A stretch of 64,000 bases of DNA from Malacoraja senta (Eukaryota), in assembly GCA_038087875.1 (NCBI GenBank), contig CM075990.1:13330001-13394000 (forward strand), written 5' to 3'. The notes under the pieces are model-generated. The model worked only from the letters and a program-made list of their open reading frames with translations. It did no database searches and was not told where the DNA came from. A program made the position numbers and the translations under genes. Shown one piece after another: positions 45,101-56,827 of the stretch (position 1 is the stretch's first letter; each line of letters starts with the position of its first letter).

Positions 45101-47486
45101 GATAAAGTCATAGTATGACGTTGCACGGTGCACAGCTGGTGATCTTTTACGTTATTAATTCTAATTGTGGCTTCATGTCAAACATTTCTAAAAACAATAA
45201 AAATTAACGGTGTCATTGTAATTAAAATGCAAATCTCCATAGAATCCAGGCTCTTGTCAAAATGCCACTGGCAAATGCCAAGAATGGGAAAACAAGATGG
45301 TAATTACTCTGAACAAAATGACCATATTACCCCGAAACAAAAATATTAATTGCTTTTGTCATGTTTGTAACCTAGGTTGCAAGTAGATTTTTAAATGATG
45401 TTTCTCTTGTCTCAAAGTAAGGAGACACTCATTCAAATTTGAACTGAGATTATATCACTTCACCCGAATAGTAGTGAATTTTTGGAATTCTCACCAAAGA
45501 GGGTGGTGGACACTCATTTGCCAAATATATTAAAGCCAGAGATCAGATTGTTTTTGGATATTAAGGAATGTATGCAACATGGGGCTAGTACAGGAACGTG
45601 ATAATGGGGTAAATTATCAGCAAAGGTCTTAATGAATGACAGCAGACGCAAGGAGCCTTTTCCTTTTGTTCTCTCTTACACTTTGCCACTCAAGGCAACA
45701 CATTTCTAGAAAAAGGACAAACATTAATTAATTTCTTGCATATGCACTCAGGATTCAAGGATTTAGGCTAAAGTCTGAAAAGGCTACAATGCTTCGAAAA
45801 AAGGTCACAGAATGGATTGCTCTGGCTTTGCAGACAATAGTGATGCAGTGAGTGAATTGATGGGGAAAAACCCAACAAATGGCAAAGGGACAAAGAGTTA
45901 GAGGAAGACAGTATTGTCAATTGGTCTACTTAGAAGATGATTTACCACTAACCATCTGACATATCTTTGAGGACCAGATTTTCCAGCTCCAACCACTCCG
46001 TGTTCAATCGTTTCATCAATTTAAATGCATTTACTGGATGGCCAAGGAATCCTTCTGGATCTTTTGTAGCTGTCTCTGTAAGTAGGTCCAGTTTTTCGGC
46101 CCACCTAGTAATGTTACAAAGAAATTACCTCTGGGATCTAATAAAATGTTTTACTGGTAATTGTTTAATGTACAAGCTCATTAACCACTCTAAAGGAGAT
46201 TAAAAAAAATTAAGAACCAAATGTTGTGTAATGAAAGCTTTCAAAACTCTAAACAATTTGCCCACCGTTTGATTTCTCCTAGTTTCCTTTCTTCAGCTTT
46301 GATGTAGTCTTTCAACGAGGTCACCAGATCTTTCTCTGTGTATAGCAGATCTGTCATCTGTCCTACTCACAGAAAATAAAACGGATTATACAAGCTATTC
46401 AAGGAGTTTCATTTCAAGAAAATATATACCTCTATAAAATAATTTTGGGAATAGTTATTTTAGCATACTGAAACATAGTCATTTTAAATGGCTCCAAAAC
46501 TGCATTTCTTCTCAGACATGTGAATTATATACACAGTCCATTATCTGACTGCCTGCTCCCATTTGGGAATCAGATTTCAAATTCTCTTTCAATTCTCACA
46601 ATATAATTGCTTCGACCCACACATCATCGCAATAAGTTAATTAAGGATAATGTCATGGTGGAACTGTGTGCAACCATGGAACTTTGGACTGTCGAAGCAA
46701 TTGAAATTCTGCAGTCAACAGAATTGCAAGACGACACAGTTCCGCACGTTTACACTTCGACAATCCTGGTTGCTGCTTGATGCAACAAAATTGAGTTGTT
46801 GACTATTCATAGCAATCTACAACACACCCAGGCACGATGAGAGGATAAAACCCCCAGAAAATGGTGGAAAAAATGCAGGCGACATCAGCAAAATCCAAAC
46901 CAGTCAACATTTCAGGCATTTTTTATTTTTATTCCAGAGTGTCAACATTTGCTGTGTTTAAAAAAAAAATCCATTAATGAAATGATCACTCTTTCTTTAC
47001 ATTGAAAGCTCCAGTCTCCTTCATATAATACTGCTTAGTGCTTTGTTTTACAATTTCATGTGTTTCTTATCTGGTTCAATAGCTTAGTTCAGGTGGTTAC
47101 AGAAAATGTGCCTGGACAGTTAACATGAAATATTCTTTAACAACTATGATTAAAAAAATGCTGGAAACACTCAGTCCAGGTAGCACCTGAGTTGAGTGAA
47201 ACAGGGTTAACTGCCTTAGACCTGTGAAGTATATGCCGTTTAATTTTAGATTTCCAATATTAATTAGTGAGACATTGGCCATTGGTGTGAACTTTAATAC
47301 AAGATCCTTAGCTTTAACCTTCTGTAAATGACTCAAATTATAGAGAAATAATATATTTTTATGAACAACTAATACTGAAACAAAAAAAAGAGAAAGATCC
47401 CGCTTACCAATTGATGTGTAGAAGTCGTCATGCGCCTGGATGATGGAGACCAGGACTAAAATGCACCAGATTTTTACACATGCCAT
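15101..47486 (-). CDS. P4HA1: Prolyl 4-hydroxylase subunit alpha-1, spliced CDS join(47486-47408,46362-46266,46104-45953,42935-42798,42448-42209,42105-41912,40043-39867,38361-38291,28324-28225,27255-27202,24378-24313,19971-19903,16629-16533,15171-15101)
   Basis: 14 GT-AG exons with matching phases sum to 1605 nt = 534 aa + stop. Translation matches vertebrate P4HA1 throughout: signal peptide, TPR-like substrate-binding domain, EPHFD, TRHAACP, SNKW; IATWLFY and LRRATISNP distinguish it from P4HA2. Confidence 0.97.
15800..16455 (+). mobile_element. CR1 LINE 3' fragment in the last intron, with nested short insertion near 16170-16248
   Basis: LYKTLVRLHLE..VQFWSP..KLERVQRRF. Confidence 0.85.
16533..16629 (-). 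CDS. P4HA1: P4HA1 exon 15 (GSAVFWYNLFASGEGDYSTRHAACPVLVGNKW), distal Fe-binding His
   Basis: 97 nt, AG/GTGAGT. Confidence 0.97.
18375..18866 (+). mobile_element. Penelope-like element 3' end (GIY-YIG C-terminus, CT-rich UTR, terminal repeat with decayed hammerhead)
   Basis: PVAKHFNSPSHSHTDLSVLGL..RKLEEQHLIF..GMNIDFSNFK* followed by the short repeat unit. Confidence 0.85.
19903..19971 (-). CDS. P4HA1: P4HA1 exon 14 (MSDVTAGGATVFPEVGAAVWPQK)
   Basis: 69 nt, AG/GT, GGATVFP motif. Confidence 0.97.
22100..23310 (+). mobile_element. Old, decayed CR1 fragments interrupted by the insertion at 22642-22916
   Basis: Degenerate CR1 motifs (gaggatttgagtac, gagaatctttggaa, ccatgatctcatt); boundaries approximate. 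Confidence 0.5.
23537..23742 (+). mobile_element. Penelope 3'-terminal fragment with hammerhead core (23618-23645)
   Basis: 10-bp TSD AACCCTACCA at 23527-23536 and 23743-23752. Confidence 0.8.
24313..24378 (-). CDS. P4HA1: P4HA1 exon 13 (KDEPDAFKELGTGNRIATWLFY)
   Basis: 66 nt, AG/GTAAGT. Confidence 0.97.
24815..25033 (+). mobile_element. Penelope 3'-terminal fragment with intact hammerhead core (24941-24968)
   Basis: CTGAAGA-A-GGGTCTCGACCC-GAAA-CGTC. Confidence 0.75.
25380..25575. mobile_element. Fold-back Penelope-derived short element
   Basis: Inverted arms; near-perfect 12-bp TSD AACTTA(C/A)TCATA. Confidence 0.78.
27101..27154 (-). CDS. P4HA1: P4HA1 duplicated exon 12b (VANYGVGGQYEPHHDFAR), putative mutually exclusive alternative with GC donor
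   Basis: 54 nt, same phase, acceptor atttctttttcag, donor CGG|GCAAGT; differences from 12a are mostly synonymous. Confidence 0.85.
27202..27255 (-). CDS. P4HA1: P4HA1 exon 12a (VANYGVGGQYEPHFDFGR), Fe-binding HxD
   Basis: 54 nt, gaacag acceptor, CGG|GTAAGT donor. Confidence 0.96.
28225..28324 (-). CDS. P4HA1: P4HA1 exon 11 (SAWLSGYEDPVINKINKRIQDLTGLDVSTAEELQ)
   Basis: 100 nt, phase 2 to 0, AG/GT. Confidence 0.97.
28900..29233 (-). mobile_element. CR1 LINE 3' end
   Basis: SRTRGHRLRIKG..FFTRRVVNLWNSLP. Confidence 0.88.
29253..29416 (+). mobile_element. 5'-truncated HE1-like SINE
   Basis: V domain and tail. Confidence 0.8.
29960..30220 (+). mobile_element. Ancient Deu-domain SINE remnant (AmnSINE/SacSINE-like); related copies near 1420-1475 plus 5921-6110, 17700-17900, 41470-41720, 57575-57790, 62130-62640
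   Basis: aattggctgct..ttacagcagtgactccacttgaaaa resembles the Deu core as I recall it; boundaries approximate. Confidence 0.5.
33076..33193 (+). mobile_element. Penelope-derived short element
   Basis: ACAGTAAA duplication at 33068-33075 and 33194-33201; begins at the CTGAAGA core. Confidence 0.7.
33653..33873. mobile_element. Tc1/mariner MITE, 221 bp
   Basis: TA|CAGTGTCCTCCATAATG...CATTATGGAGGGCACTG|TA; about 45-bp TIRs, TA TSD. Confidence 0.9.
34640..35060 (-). mobile_element. Penelope 3' end, decayed
   Basis: GA-rich UTR and gagaattcaatgttcataccg, the reverse of the GMNIxFS C-terminus. Confidence 0.65.
36446..36753 (+). mobile_element. HE1-like V-SINE
   Basis: Full length with A/B boxes and tail. 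Confidence 0.88.
37803..37871 (-). CDS. P4HA1: P4HA1 mutually exclusive exon 10 homologue (LKRATVHNPVTGQLTVATY...), 69 nt instead of 71; may extend to 37792 via a second donor
   Basis: Strong acceptor tttctctttctgtag, donor AAG|GTAAGG; homologous to the LSRATVHDP-type exon; lacks one AG in TACAG(AG)TCTCCAAAAG. Confidence 0.8.
38291..38361 (-). CDS. P4HA1: P4HA1 mutually exclusive exon 9 (LRRATISNPITGVLETAHYRISK)
   Basis: 71 nt, ccacag acceptor, AG|GTAAGC donor; matches the LRRATISNP isoform. Confidence 0.95.
39485..39655 (-). mobile_element. HE1-like SINE 3' part
   Basis: Reverse complement of V domain and tail. Confidence 0.7.
39867..40043 (-). CDS. P4HA1: P4HA1 exon 8 (TPRRQKKLFCRY...ELAKPR)
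   Basis: 177 nt, phase 0/0, AG/GT. Confidence 0.97.
41912..42105 (-). CDS. P4HA1: P4HA1 exon 7 (DPEHQRANGNLRYFEY...YEKLCRGEGIKL)
   Basis: 194 nt, AG/GT, ORF 41861..42202. Confidence 0.96.
42209..42448 (-). CDS. P4HA1: P4HA1 exon 6 (VKHKTSLSVEDCFELGK...ELTKMMLKL), peptide-substrate-binding domain
   Basis: 240 nt, AG/GT, ORF 42162..42446. Confidence 0.97.
42798..42935 (-). CDS. P4HA1: P4HA1 exon 5 (FISNLTIQRQYFPNDDDQTGAAKALLRLQDTYKLDADTISQGNLP)
   Basis: 138 nt, AG/GT, LRLQDTY motif. Confidence 0.97.
43576..43878 (+). mobile_element. HE1-like V-SINE
   Basis: Full length with A/B boxes. Confidence 0.85.
45953..46104 (-). CDS. P4HA1: P4HA1 exon 4 (WAEKLDLLTETATKDPEGFLGHPVNAFKLMKRLNTEWLELENLVLKDMSD)
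   Basis: 152 nt, AG/GT, HPVNAF motif. Confidence 0.97.
46266..46362 (-). CDS. P4HA1: P4HA1 exon 3 (QMTDLLYTEKDLVTSLKDYIKAEERKLGEIKR)
   Basis: 97 nt, AG/GT boundaries, phase 1 to 2. Confidence 0.96.
47408..47486 (-). CDS. P4HA1: P4HA1 exon 2, coding part (MACVKIWCILVLVSIIQAHDDFYTSIG, signal peptide); exon begins at 47517
   Basis: Acceptor tttgcag at 47518, Kozak GCCATCATGG, donor G|GTAAGC. Confidence 0.92.
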
Positions 47487-47984
47487 GATGGCTTTATTCT
47501 GGCACAATATGGGCCTTCTGCAAAGGTGGAGGAGAAATAATCATTTCAGAGAAGAAATACGATCAATAATGAAAGTAAGATGTCAATGGCCAGATTGAAT
47601 TATTTGAAGGCTATTAAAATAAGCTTACACTCTACCCCATTACTCGGTAGAAACACCTTCACCTGAAGGACCGCAAGGATTAAAGAAGGCATTTCATATT
47701 TTTGCAGTTAAGAATGGGCAATAAATGCTTCACTTTCCAGCACATGCTATATGTCAAGTCAAGTTTATGATGTAGCTGAATAAACTATCTTTACCGTGGC
47801 ATCATTAATAAACTAAATTACAGATTATTGAATCTTACAACAATAAAGCACAGAGGAGGTTATTCCAACTATCACATCTTGACCAACTATTTGAAAGCGC
47901 TATTAATCAATCCCCAGTTCTTCACATTTTGGTAAAATTTCACCTGCAACAATAAATCTGATTGACTTTTGAAAGTTCTATTGA

Positions 47985-48187
47985 CAATAGACAATATGTG
48001 CAGCAGTAGGCCATTCGGCCCTTCGAGGCAGCACCGCCATTTAATGTGATCATGGCTGATCATCCCCAATCAGTACCCCGTTCCTGCCTTCTCCCCATAT
48101 CCCCTGACTCTGATATTTTTAAGAGCCCTATCCAGCTCTCTCTTGAAAGCATCCAGAGAACCTGCCTCCACCGCCCTCTGAGGCAGA
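47985..48187 (-). mobile_element. CR1 LINE 3' end
   Basis: Reverse complement of the CR1 3'UTR. Confidence 0.85.
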
Positions 48188-49033
48188 TGAGGTGAACCTT
48201 CTTCCACCTTCATATCAGATCATTGCATTTCGTTACATAAAGAGTATTCAAAATTAGAAAATTATTTCTCAAAATGAGATACAAGATGGTGGTTTCATTA
48301 AACAATGAAGGCCATTGATAGTGAAATATTTCTCTCTCCGCTGAGGCTGCCTGATTTGTTCCGTACAACCCGGAATTTTCTATTTTTATTCCAATTTCAT
48401 TTTGTTGTTTTGCAGCCCGCCTTACTTCAAAAATTCTGCACTTCACACCACATCCAATCAGGAACGGTGGTGGACAATTAAAAGGCCATAAGGGAGGTCA
48501 TGGCTCTGCAGTTCAAACATCGTATTCCCACATTTGCAGATTTATTTTCTGTAAGGAAATCACTGATTAATTTTGACACATTTTAGAAATTATACTTTGA
48601 TGGGGCAGATAAAGTTAAGGTGTGGCTGATGTTTTTAGATCCAGGAAGTTAACCTTTTGATTGGCAGCTTGTGATTGTCTGGTTTCTCATCAAAGGAGAA
48701 GGGCAACAAAATTCAACGTGAAATGACCGTGACGTACATACGTTGCACATAAACTTTGTGGTTATGATGCTTGGATTGTGTTGAAATATTCTATGAGATT
48801 TGTGATCTACATTAATTAAAGTGCAGTCCTGACATATGACGTGTCTGGTCACATTCACTCCAGCTCGATGCATATTTCTCTCTGACTCATGTATAATGCA
48901 AGTTGTGGCTCTTGCCCCAATTAGAAAGATTAGTTTCAAGTCCTGATATTTGAGCATACAAATCCAGGTGGATATTCAAGACTTTTAAAATATGCGTTAG
49001 AAAATGTTTTAAAACTAATTATGTCTTAACTTT

Positions 49034-49199
49034 AGGTAGACACAAAGTGCTGGAGTAACTCAGCGGATCAAGCATCAACTCGTGAGAAAAAGGATGGGTG
49101 AAGTGTCGGGTCAGGACCCAAAGGTGAAACGTCACCTGTCCTTTTTCTCAGAAGATGCTGCCTGACCCGTTGAGTTACTCCAGCACTTTGTGTCTATCT
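49034..49199. mobile_element. Fold-back Penelope-derived short element
   Basis: 15-bp TSD TTATGTCTTAACTTT at 49019-49033 and 49200-49214. Confidence 0.82.
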
Positions 49200-49439
49200 T
49201 TATGTCTTAACTTTTTCCAGTTTTAATGAAAGGTCTTCAACTTAAACATTATTTTTTTCCTCTTACTAATGATGGCTAACCTCCCAAATATTTTTAGCAC
49301 TTTATGGGCACACATTTACCCAAACTTTCTTGGGATAGTAAGAATTGGGCGAAAGATGACTGAAATCTATTTTTTAATTTGTCAAAATGTTACAAAAAGA
49401 TAATATTATTGACTTGAAAGTAAGGAAAGAGAATTGGGC

Positions 49440-50795
49440 TAGTATATAAAAGATCCATCATAATTAATCAAGATATATTTCAAGGGATAAGATATGCATT
49501 TGGATAGACAAGGACTTATTAAGGATAGTCAGCATGGTTTTGTATGATGGTGGTCATATCGAATGAACCTGATTATGTTTTTTGAAGGAATCAAAAAGGT
49601 TGATGAATGCAAAGCCATAGACGTCGTCTATATGGACTAGCAAGGGATTTGATAAGGTTCTGCATGGTAGACTGCTCTGGAATGTTTGATTGTATGGGAT
49701 CCAGGGAGAGCTAACCTACTGATTAGAGAATTGGCTTCAAGCGAAGAACCAGAGTGTGATGGTGCAAGACTGTTTATCAGACTGGAGACCTGTGACTACT
49801 GGGGTGCGTCAGGGATCGGTGCTGGGCCCATTGCTACATGTGGTTTATATCAACTATTTAGATGAGAATGTAATATACAAGTAGAGTGTTAATTTGTTCA
49901 TGATATATGTATTATTACTTCTATTTATTTTTTACTGCACACTGAAATGGACACTGGTTGAGGAACGTTTTTTTGTTTCCTCTGGGTATGCGAATACTCA
50001 GGAAATGACAATAAAGATATACAATACAATACAATACAATACAAGGCATGATTAGAAGTTTGCAGATAACACAAAAGTGGGTGGTATCGTAGATAGCAAA
50101 GATGGTTATTAAAAATTACAGCAGGATCTTGAGCAGTTGGGCAGGTGGGCTGAGGAATGGTTAATGGAGTTTAATGCAGACAAGTGTGAGCATTTGGGGA
50201 AGTCAAACCAGGGCAGGACCTTTAAGGTGAATGGCAGGAAACTGGGGGTATAGGAGTGCAGGTGCATAGTTGCTTGCAAGTTATGTCACAGGTAGATAGG
50301 GTGACGAAGGATTTTGTTACATTGGCCTTCATAAGTAGGGTACTTAGTATAGAAGTTGGAATGTTATGTCACAGTTGTACAATAAGTTGGCGAGGCCCTA
50401 TTTGAAGTATTGTGTTCAGTTTTCTGTCACCCTGCTGCAGGAAGAATGATGGTAAGCTGGAAAGAGTTCAGAGAAGATTTACGAGGATGTTGCCAGGATT
50501 TGAGGGGCTGGGCTATAGGGGGAGGTTGTGCAGGCTAGAACTTTATACCTTTGAGTGCAGGGAGGATGAGGGGTTATCTTATAGGATCATGTTTAGGATC
50601 ATGAGGGAAATAGATAGGTTGAATGTAATATTTTACTCAGTGGGGGAATCAAGAACCAGGGGACATACATTTAAGGTGAGAGGGGAAAAATTTAATAGGA
50701 ACTTGAGAGATAGCATTTTCACACAGAGGGTGGTGGTATATGGAACGAGCTGCCAGAGGAGGTAGGTACTATAACAACCTTTGAAAGACATTTGG
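49440..50795 (+). mobile_element. CR1 ORF2 (RT) fragment with a nested (TACAA)n-tailed insertion near 49882-50040
   Basis: SQHGF, QGSVLGPLL, FADNTK, KLERVQRRFTRMLPG motifs with frameshifts. Confidence 0.88.
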
Positions 50796-51649
50796 GCAAA
50801 TCCACCACAGAGTCTTCGACATACTCCACCTTGCCTAATATTTTGTTCTAATGTAGCTTGTTTTTCTTACAATACATATGTAAAAAGATGTTGAAGAGAA
50901 TCCACAGTTAAGTATTTTCTCCCTTTATTTTTCAACAGTCTAGTATGCAATTCAGAAGGAGTCAGTAATCTGTCCGCCTAAACTACTCAGTATTTTAAAA
51001 TGTAGAAATAAAGAAGTGCAGGCGCTGGTTAATACACAAAAGGACACAAAGTGCTGGAGTAATTCAGCACGTTGGGCAGCATCTCTGGAGAATATGGATA
51101 AATGGCGCTTCTAGTCGAGATCCTTCTTCAGACTGAATTTCTTCAGTATTTCTACGGATTACTGTTGAGTGGGAAGCTTGAACTCAAATATACAGGTGGC
51201 ATTTTGCCCCATGACTTCTTTGCGATTTCCACATGATGTCCTTCAACTTCAAATTGATCAGGATTCCCTGTTGCCACAGTCAGTCAAATGCTGATTCAAG
51301 GGCAGTAACTCTCGTCTTATCTTTAGAATTTAGTTCTGTGATCCATATTTGGTGCAAAACCGTAAAGAGGTCTGGAGCAGAGTGGGTCTGGCAAAACAGT
51401 AACATGACAGGTCATCAGTGAGTAAGTACTGACTCACAGCAGCCTCGAAATGCATTCTGTCATTTTGCTGATGATTGAGAACAGATTACCTAAGCAGTAA
51501 TTATCCAGATTGGATATGTCCTGTTTTTTTTTGGTGAACTGTATATACCATAAGTTCGGTATATGCTTTTGCTGTAACAGTTCAAAATTAATTTAGTAGA
51601 ACGTGCAACTAGTTCTGGAGTCCAGGTCTTCAGTACTACAGTTGGGATG

Positions 51650-51992
51650 TTGTCTAGAAAAATAGGTGCAGGTGTAGGCCTTTCGGCCCATCGAGCCAGA
51701 TTATACCATTCAGTATAATCATGGCTGAACAACTTAAATCAGTATCCCGTTCCTGCTTTCCCCCCCCATATCCCTTGATTCCTTTAGCCCCAAGAGCTAA
51801 ATCTCTCTTGAAAACATCCAGTGAATTGGCCTCCACTGCCTTCTGGATTCACAACTCTCTGGGTGAAAAAGTTTTTCCTCATCTCAGTCCTAAATGGCCG
51901 ACCCCTTATTCTTAAACCGTGACCCCCTGGTTCTGGACTCCCCCAAATTTGGGAACATTTTTCCTGCATCTAGCCTGCCCAACCCTTTAAGA
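51650..51992 (-). mobile_element. CR1 LINE 3' end
   Basis: GHGLRIRGRPFRTEMRKNFFTQRVVN. Confidence 0.85.
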
Positions 51993-53176
51993 TCCAGTCG
52001 CATATCCTTTGCTATATTATAGTGCTTTCAGCTATTTCTTCATATTATGTGGTGCATTGAAGCAACTAATTTTATTGGAAGACGTGATTATTCAAGGAAA
52101 GCGAAAACAGAAATGGACAATTTAAATTCTGATAAATTGTGCCAATGGTTTTCTTCTCCTTGACCTTACAATGACATTCATAGAAATAAAATTATAATTA
52201 TCTTGGCTCCTCTCATGTAGTAATATAGCAGTAACACTCTCAAAGCACTTCTCAGTTGGGTGTACTGCATGCCACTGCATTGTGCCACAGAAAGCTTTTG
52301 TTAGTCGAGAAAGCACGCCACTATTTCCTTATGATTCCTACGGCAAGCAGCTGATGCTAATGCAATGCCATTCAATACTCAGTTATTCCGTTCTGATTTA
52401 TTAATACATAGAATAAATAAAATATATTGCTTCTCTATTAATGTGTGTGGGAGGGGAGGCATTGGGAAGAAATTAGGTTACAACATTTGCAGTTTGCTTC
52501 GAGTTAAATTATACAAATAACCAATTCAATTTTGCTCCTCCTTAAGCATTTGAATTTCACTAACCCTCACACAGCAGTGTCTGACAACAGCCACCTATTG
52601 ATTCAAGTGGAGTTCATATAGTTTTAGGATACAGGTGCATACTGGAGTAATGAGATGTGCATTAAAAGACTTGGATCAGAAATCCAGAGTCACGAGTTTG
52701 AAGCCCTCCGTAACATTGTGGCTCAATAGTTCCAATTGTAGTGAAAAATCCATTGTTTCTTTCAAAAGAAAATTGTGACTCCATTGTGGAACCATACAAT
52801 CTCACAGTACAAAATTTCTGTGTCGACCAACATTTATTGCCCTTTCCTGACTCCCCTTAAAACGAGAAGCTTGCAGAGGAAATTTAATAGTCAACTGCAT
52901 TTGAGAGTCCAGAGTCAGGTACAGACTGGGAAAGGATGACAGATTTCCTCCTCAGAAGGAAATCAGTGAACCAAGTGGGTTTGTAATGACATCCATCAAG
53001 CAGCAAAGTCAGTAATGGACTGCGTGACATTTTGTTCTGTGAAACTCTGTGTTTCCTCTCCTCTATTGCAATGCCACAAAGGATTCTCAGTGACCAATGC
53101 AGTGGTCTAATCAGGAGTTCATAATTGCCATCCTTGATTGTCGACAAAAAGATTCACAGATCAGAGTTGAGTTCAA

Positions 53177-53991
53177 TGCTGATTCTCAACCTTTTTACCC
53201 TTAATAATTTTCATGTCTCAGGGAACCCCTACATAAAAAGTGTATATATCTTTATTAATCTCTTTCTTTCTCTTTCATAAATTTAGTTCATACGGCAAAC
53301 ATAATATATTTTTCTGATAACTGGTTTAAGAAAAAAATAACGTGCGTTTTTCTCAAGTTGACAATGCAAATAAAAACTGAAATCAAACTGCTTGTTCGAG
53401 AGACCTCATAAGGAGGTTTTCATTCACACAAAAAAAATCAACCATATCGAGAGAGAGACACACACACACACAGATAGAGAGAGACACAAGAGGGAGGGGG
53501 AGAGAACACAAACTTTTGATAAACTAACAAAAATAAACAGAAACATACTTAAATTATTTAAATTCATATAACATCCCTAAATGATGGGTAAAAATGACTA
53601 AACAACATGGGTGAATGAGGGACTGTGCCTGCACGCCAGGAAGCGCAGACAGGACTGATGGAGATTGTGCATGCGTCTGTACTCGAGTGAGTCACTTGAT
53701 GATATACGAATCAGTCGCTTGCAGCTCCTGTCCACTGACCATGAAAGGCCGTTTCACACTGGCGCCGAATAAACATCGCTAAATATATTCCCTATGATTA
53801 TTATACTTTTAAATGATATAACAGGTTGAAGACTTCATTATAATACTCAAGAATATGCCGTATGTGTATAATAAAATTACGAAAAAATGCTTTTACATAT
53901 GATTAGCCTATTTATCACTATTTCTCTCGGAACCCCTAACGACCTCTAGCGGAACCCCAGCGTTCCGGGGAACCCCAGTTGAGATACGCCG
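53177..53991. mobile_element. Probable non-autonomous hAT-type DNA transposon
   Basis: Degenerate TIRs (TTCTCAACC / GTTGAGA) and subterminal GGAACCCC repeats at both ends; TSD not resolved. Confidence 0.5.
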
Positions 53992-55989
53992 ATCTGCACT
54001 GATAGCATATTAAGTGAAGTTAACTTTCATGAAGCAATTGTATGGACCAAATATTTTGACTAAAATTATAAATTTCAGTGAATGCAAGTTTTGCCATACA
54101 TTTACAGTACTAGATACCAAAGTCAACCATCCCCACACAACCATGAAAATGGGGCTTCATAAGCTGGCAAGGACATTCAAGTGGAATGTAGTTGGAGTCA
54201 ATCTGGCTCGAGTGGTAATGCAAGATATGAACGTTGCTGAACAGGAAGCAGCCTGAATTTTAATTCAACAGTAATTTTGCAGCCAGCCATGGTGAAGTTC
54301 CAAGTAGTGAGCCTGAAGCTATGCACTTTTCATTAGAGCATACGGTATACAATTGTGCACAAGTCATGATGATGAGTTTATTGGGTAAAGAGAATTGGTT
54401 ACACACTGAAAGGATTTAATATGCATGTGTACACTTGTCTCTTTCAGCATATGCTACTGAAAAATCAAAGGCAAAATAAGTAAACATCTTCCTGTCAGCA
54501 CAGATGCTCTCGCCCAGCAAGTCCCCTCGTGCCTTCATATAGCAACAATGTAGACCAGCCCAAGTTAAAGCTTGAAGGGAACATGGAAAGGGTCTGAGCA
54601 CAAAGGCATACAATAAGCAAGCTGGCACACATTAACCAATAACCCAGCCATAGGCAAATAGCCCAATTCTTTGAGGGTACAATGGAAGGGAAGAATTCCA
54701 AGGGAGTAGACCATGACAACAAATCTGGAGTTCAAAGGTGGACTGACAATGAACTGGGTTATCTTTTCAGCAAGCAACCTGGTGCCAAGTGCACTCACTG
54801 CACCCAAGGAGGATATCCTGAGGGGGAGTGGGGAAGAGAATTGAAAGTTGGAGTCCAGAATCACCATTAACTCCGTGCAAGCTTGCATTTTGCTGTGTAG
54901 GTGTTAGTGGAAGGAATGCATTAGATTGCTTTCTCACTGTATATGTCAATGATAAAGCATATACATCTCATCCACAGTAAGCCACTGCCAGTGGGGAAGA
55001 TTTCAAACTAATGTTAACCTGCTGACAAATGAGTATCAACTATGCAGAGCACCAGCTGTTCAAGCATTTGGTTGTCTGGCACTGGTGTAAAGCAAAACCA
55101 CAGCAACCTGTAAATCTCATTGTGCAGCATCTATTTATGCCACGTTCTATGCACAAAGGAGACCAAACTACGTGGTCAATGCTGCACTTTACGGACACAC
55201 AAAATCAAGACCCACGCAATCTTAAATTGAACAATAGTAGAGCAGAAATAATTCTAAAGTAGAAAATTACTTAAGTGCAATGCTTAAACACATAGCACAG
55301 ATTAAATTAGGCTAGGTTAAATTACAGCAATACCGTATCAAAATTTATGAAGTGATTGACCAGTTTTGATGGAAGAATTTGGTTATCGTCTTTCAACCAT
55401 TAGCATTCATCTAAACATCAGGAAGCCTAAATTCTAACCACATACAACAATTTCATTTGATCTCCCAAAACCAGAAAATACTGTAAACATATGTGTCTAG
55501 GATCAGAAACACTAATTCGCTTTCTCTTTTCATAGATGCTGCTTGACCTGCTGACTGTTTCCACCATGTTATGTTTTTATTTCAGATTTGCACTTACTTT
55601 TTTGGGATTTCACCTCTTATCTGATGGAGAGCACCACTATACAGCACTCCCCTTGAGCACAATGTGCTGAAGAATTTGAGCAAGTTTTGACTCCTCAACT
55701 TTTGATTCATTGTGCTGAAATCTGTAATATACAGGTAGGTGGCAGGTAGGAATATGAGCTGGGAAATTGATCTCTACGGTTTGTTTGTTCATTATTGTCA
55801 CATGTAACAAGATATAGGGAAGAGTAAGCATGTCATGGATCATTCATCCTTTGATCCTAGTTTGTTCAGCTGGATTAGTGCTGGTCTATACTTTCATTCC
55901 ATTCACTTGTATTTCTAACAATTTCAGAAATAGCTTTTATCCGAGTGCTATCCAGTTAAAAAAAGACTCGGGATCAGAAGTCTGAGAAG

Positions 55990-56300
55990 ATTTGACATGA
56001 TGCTGAATAGTCTATCAAGCTTCAACATATGTACGGTTTAGAGCATATCGACTGGCTATGTCATGGCCTGACCCAGAATTGTGAATGTTCCAGAATGAAG
56101 GATGCTGCAGAAAGTGGTGGATATTGCCCAGATCATCATTAGTATAATGAAAGATTCCACAGTAAACACGGCCTCAAGACGACAGCTAATATAATCAAAG
56201 ACCCACATCACCCAAGCTGCTATTATTGGCAAGAAGGTAGAGGAGCCAAAAAATAATTACTTCTAGGTTCATCTCATCAACCATCAGGTTTCATGAACCA
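55990..56300 (+). mobile_element. Decayed Rex1/Babar-like 3' fragment
   Basis: ataatcaaagacccacatcaccc (IIKDPHHP)..gaaggtagaggagcc. Confidence 0.55.
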
Positions 56301-56616
56301 CCCTGCACAAGCCTAACCACGACCCTAACTCGGCACCAAACCACTTGGGATTTTGCACTACTATGGGTGCTCTACATATTTTAGTTATTTGGTTTACCGT
56401 CATTGACTGGTTTACTTAGAATTAGGCAAAAGATGAACTGGTTAAATATTCTCTTCCCACAAACAAAAAATATTTTTCAGTAGAAATTTCCCGATCAGTA
56501 CTACCCTGGTTTACTTAGAATAAGGCAAAAGAGTTGCTAAGAGGAACTGGCCACGAAGAAATATTTTTCAGTAAAAATTTCCCTGCCTGTATTAGGAGAA
56601 TAAAAGTATTCAGTAC

Positions 56617-56827
56617 TGTAGATTGAGTGCATGTGAACCAATCACACACAAGCCAGCACCACTAACTCCACCCCTTCACAACACCCATACTAACACTCTT
56701 ACTAACGCCCCACCCCGGCACTTGGATTCGAGCAGCTAGGGTGTACTGACGACCAGTTATCCTAGTGCTGCTAAGTGATTATTAAAGACGTGTTTAAACC
56801 TCGCAATGACTTTGGCTCTTGTTTACA
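56617..56827 (+). mobile_element. Solo LTR, 211 bp
   Basis: TGTA...TACA termini, 5-bp TSD AGTAC (56612-56616 and 56828-56832), CCAAT and ATTAAA inside. Confidence 0.75.

Noticed and set aside
47487-47507. Upstream in-frame start MCQNKAI in the ORF track
   Set aside because: It is a GTG start; the ATG at 47486 has strong Kozak context and gives a normal signal peptide.
53590-53790. CpG-richer patch as P4HA1 exon 1 or promoter
   Set aside because: Short and lies inside a probable hAT element; no convincing exon 1 seen, likely outside the window.
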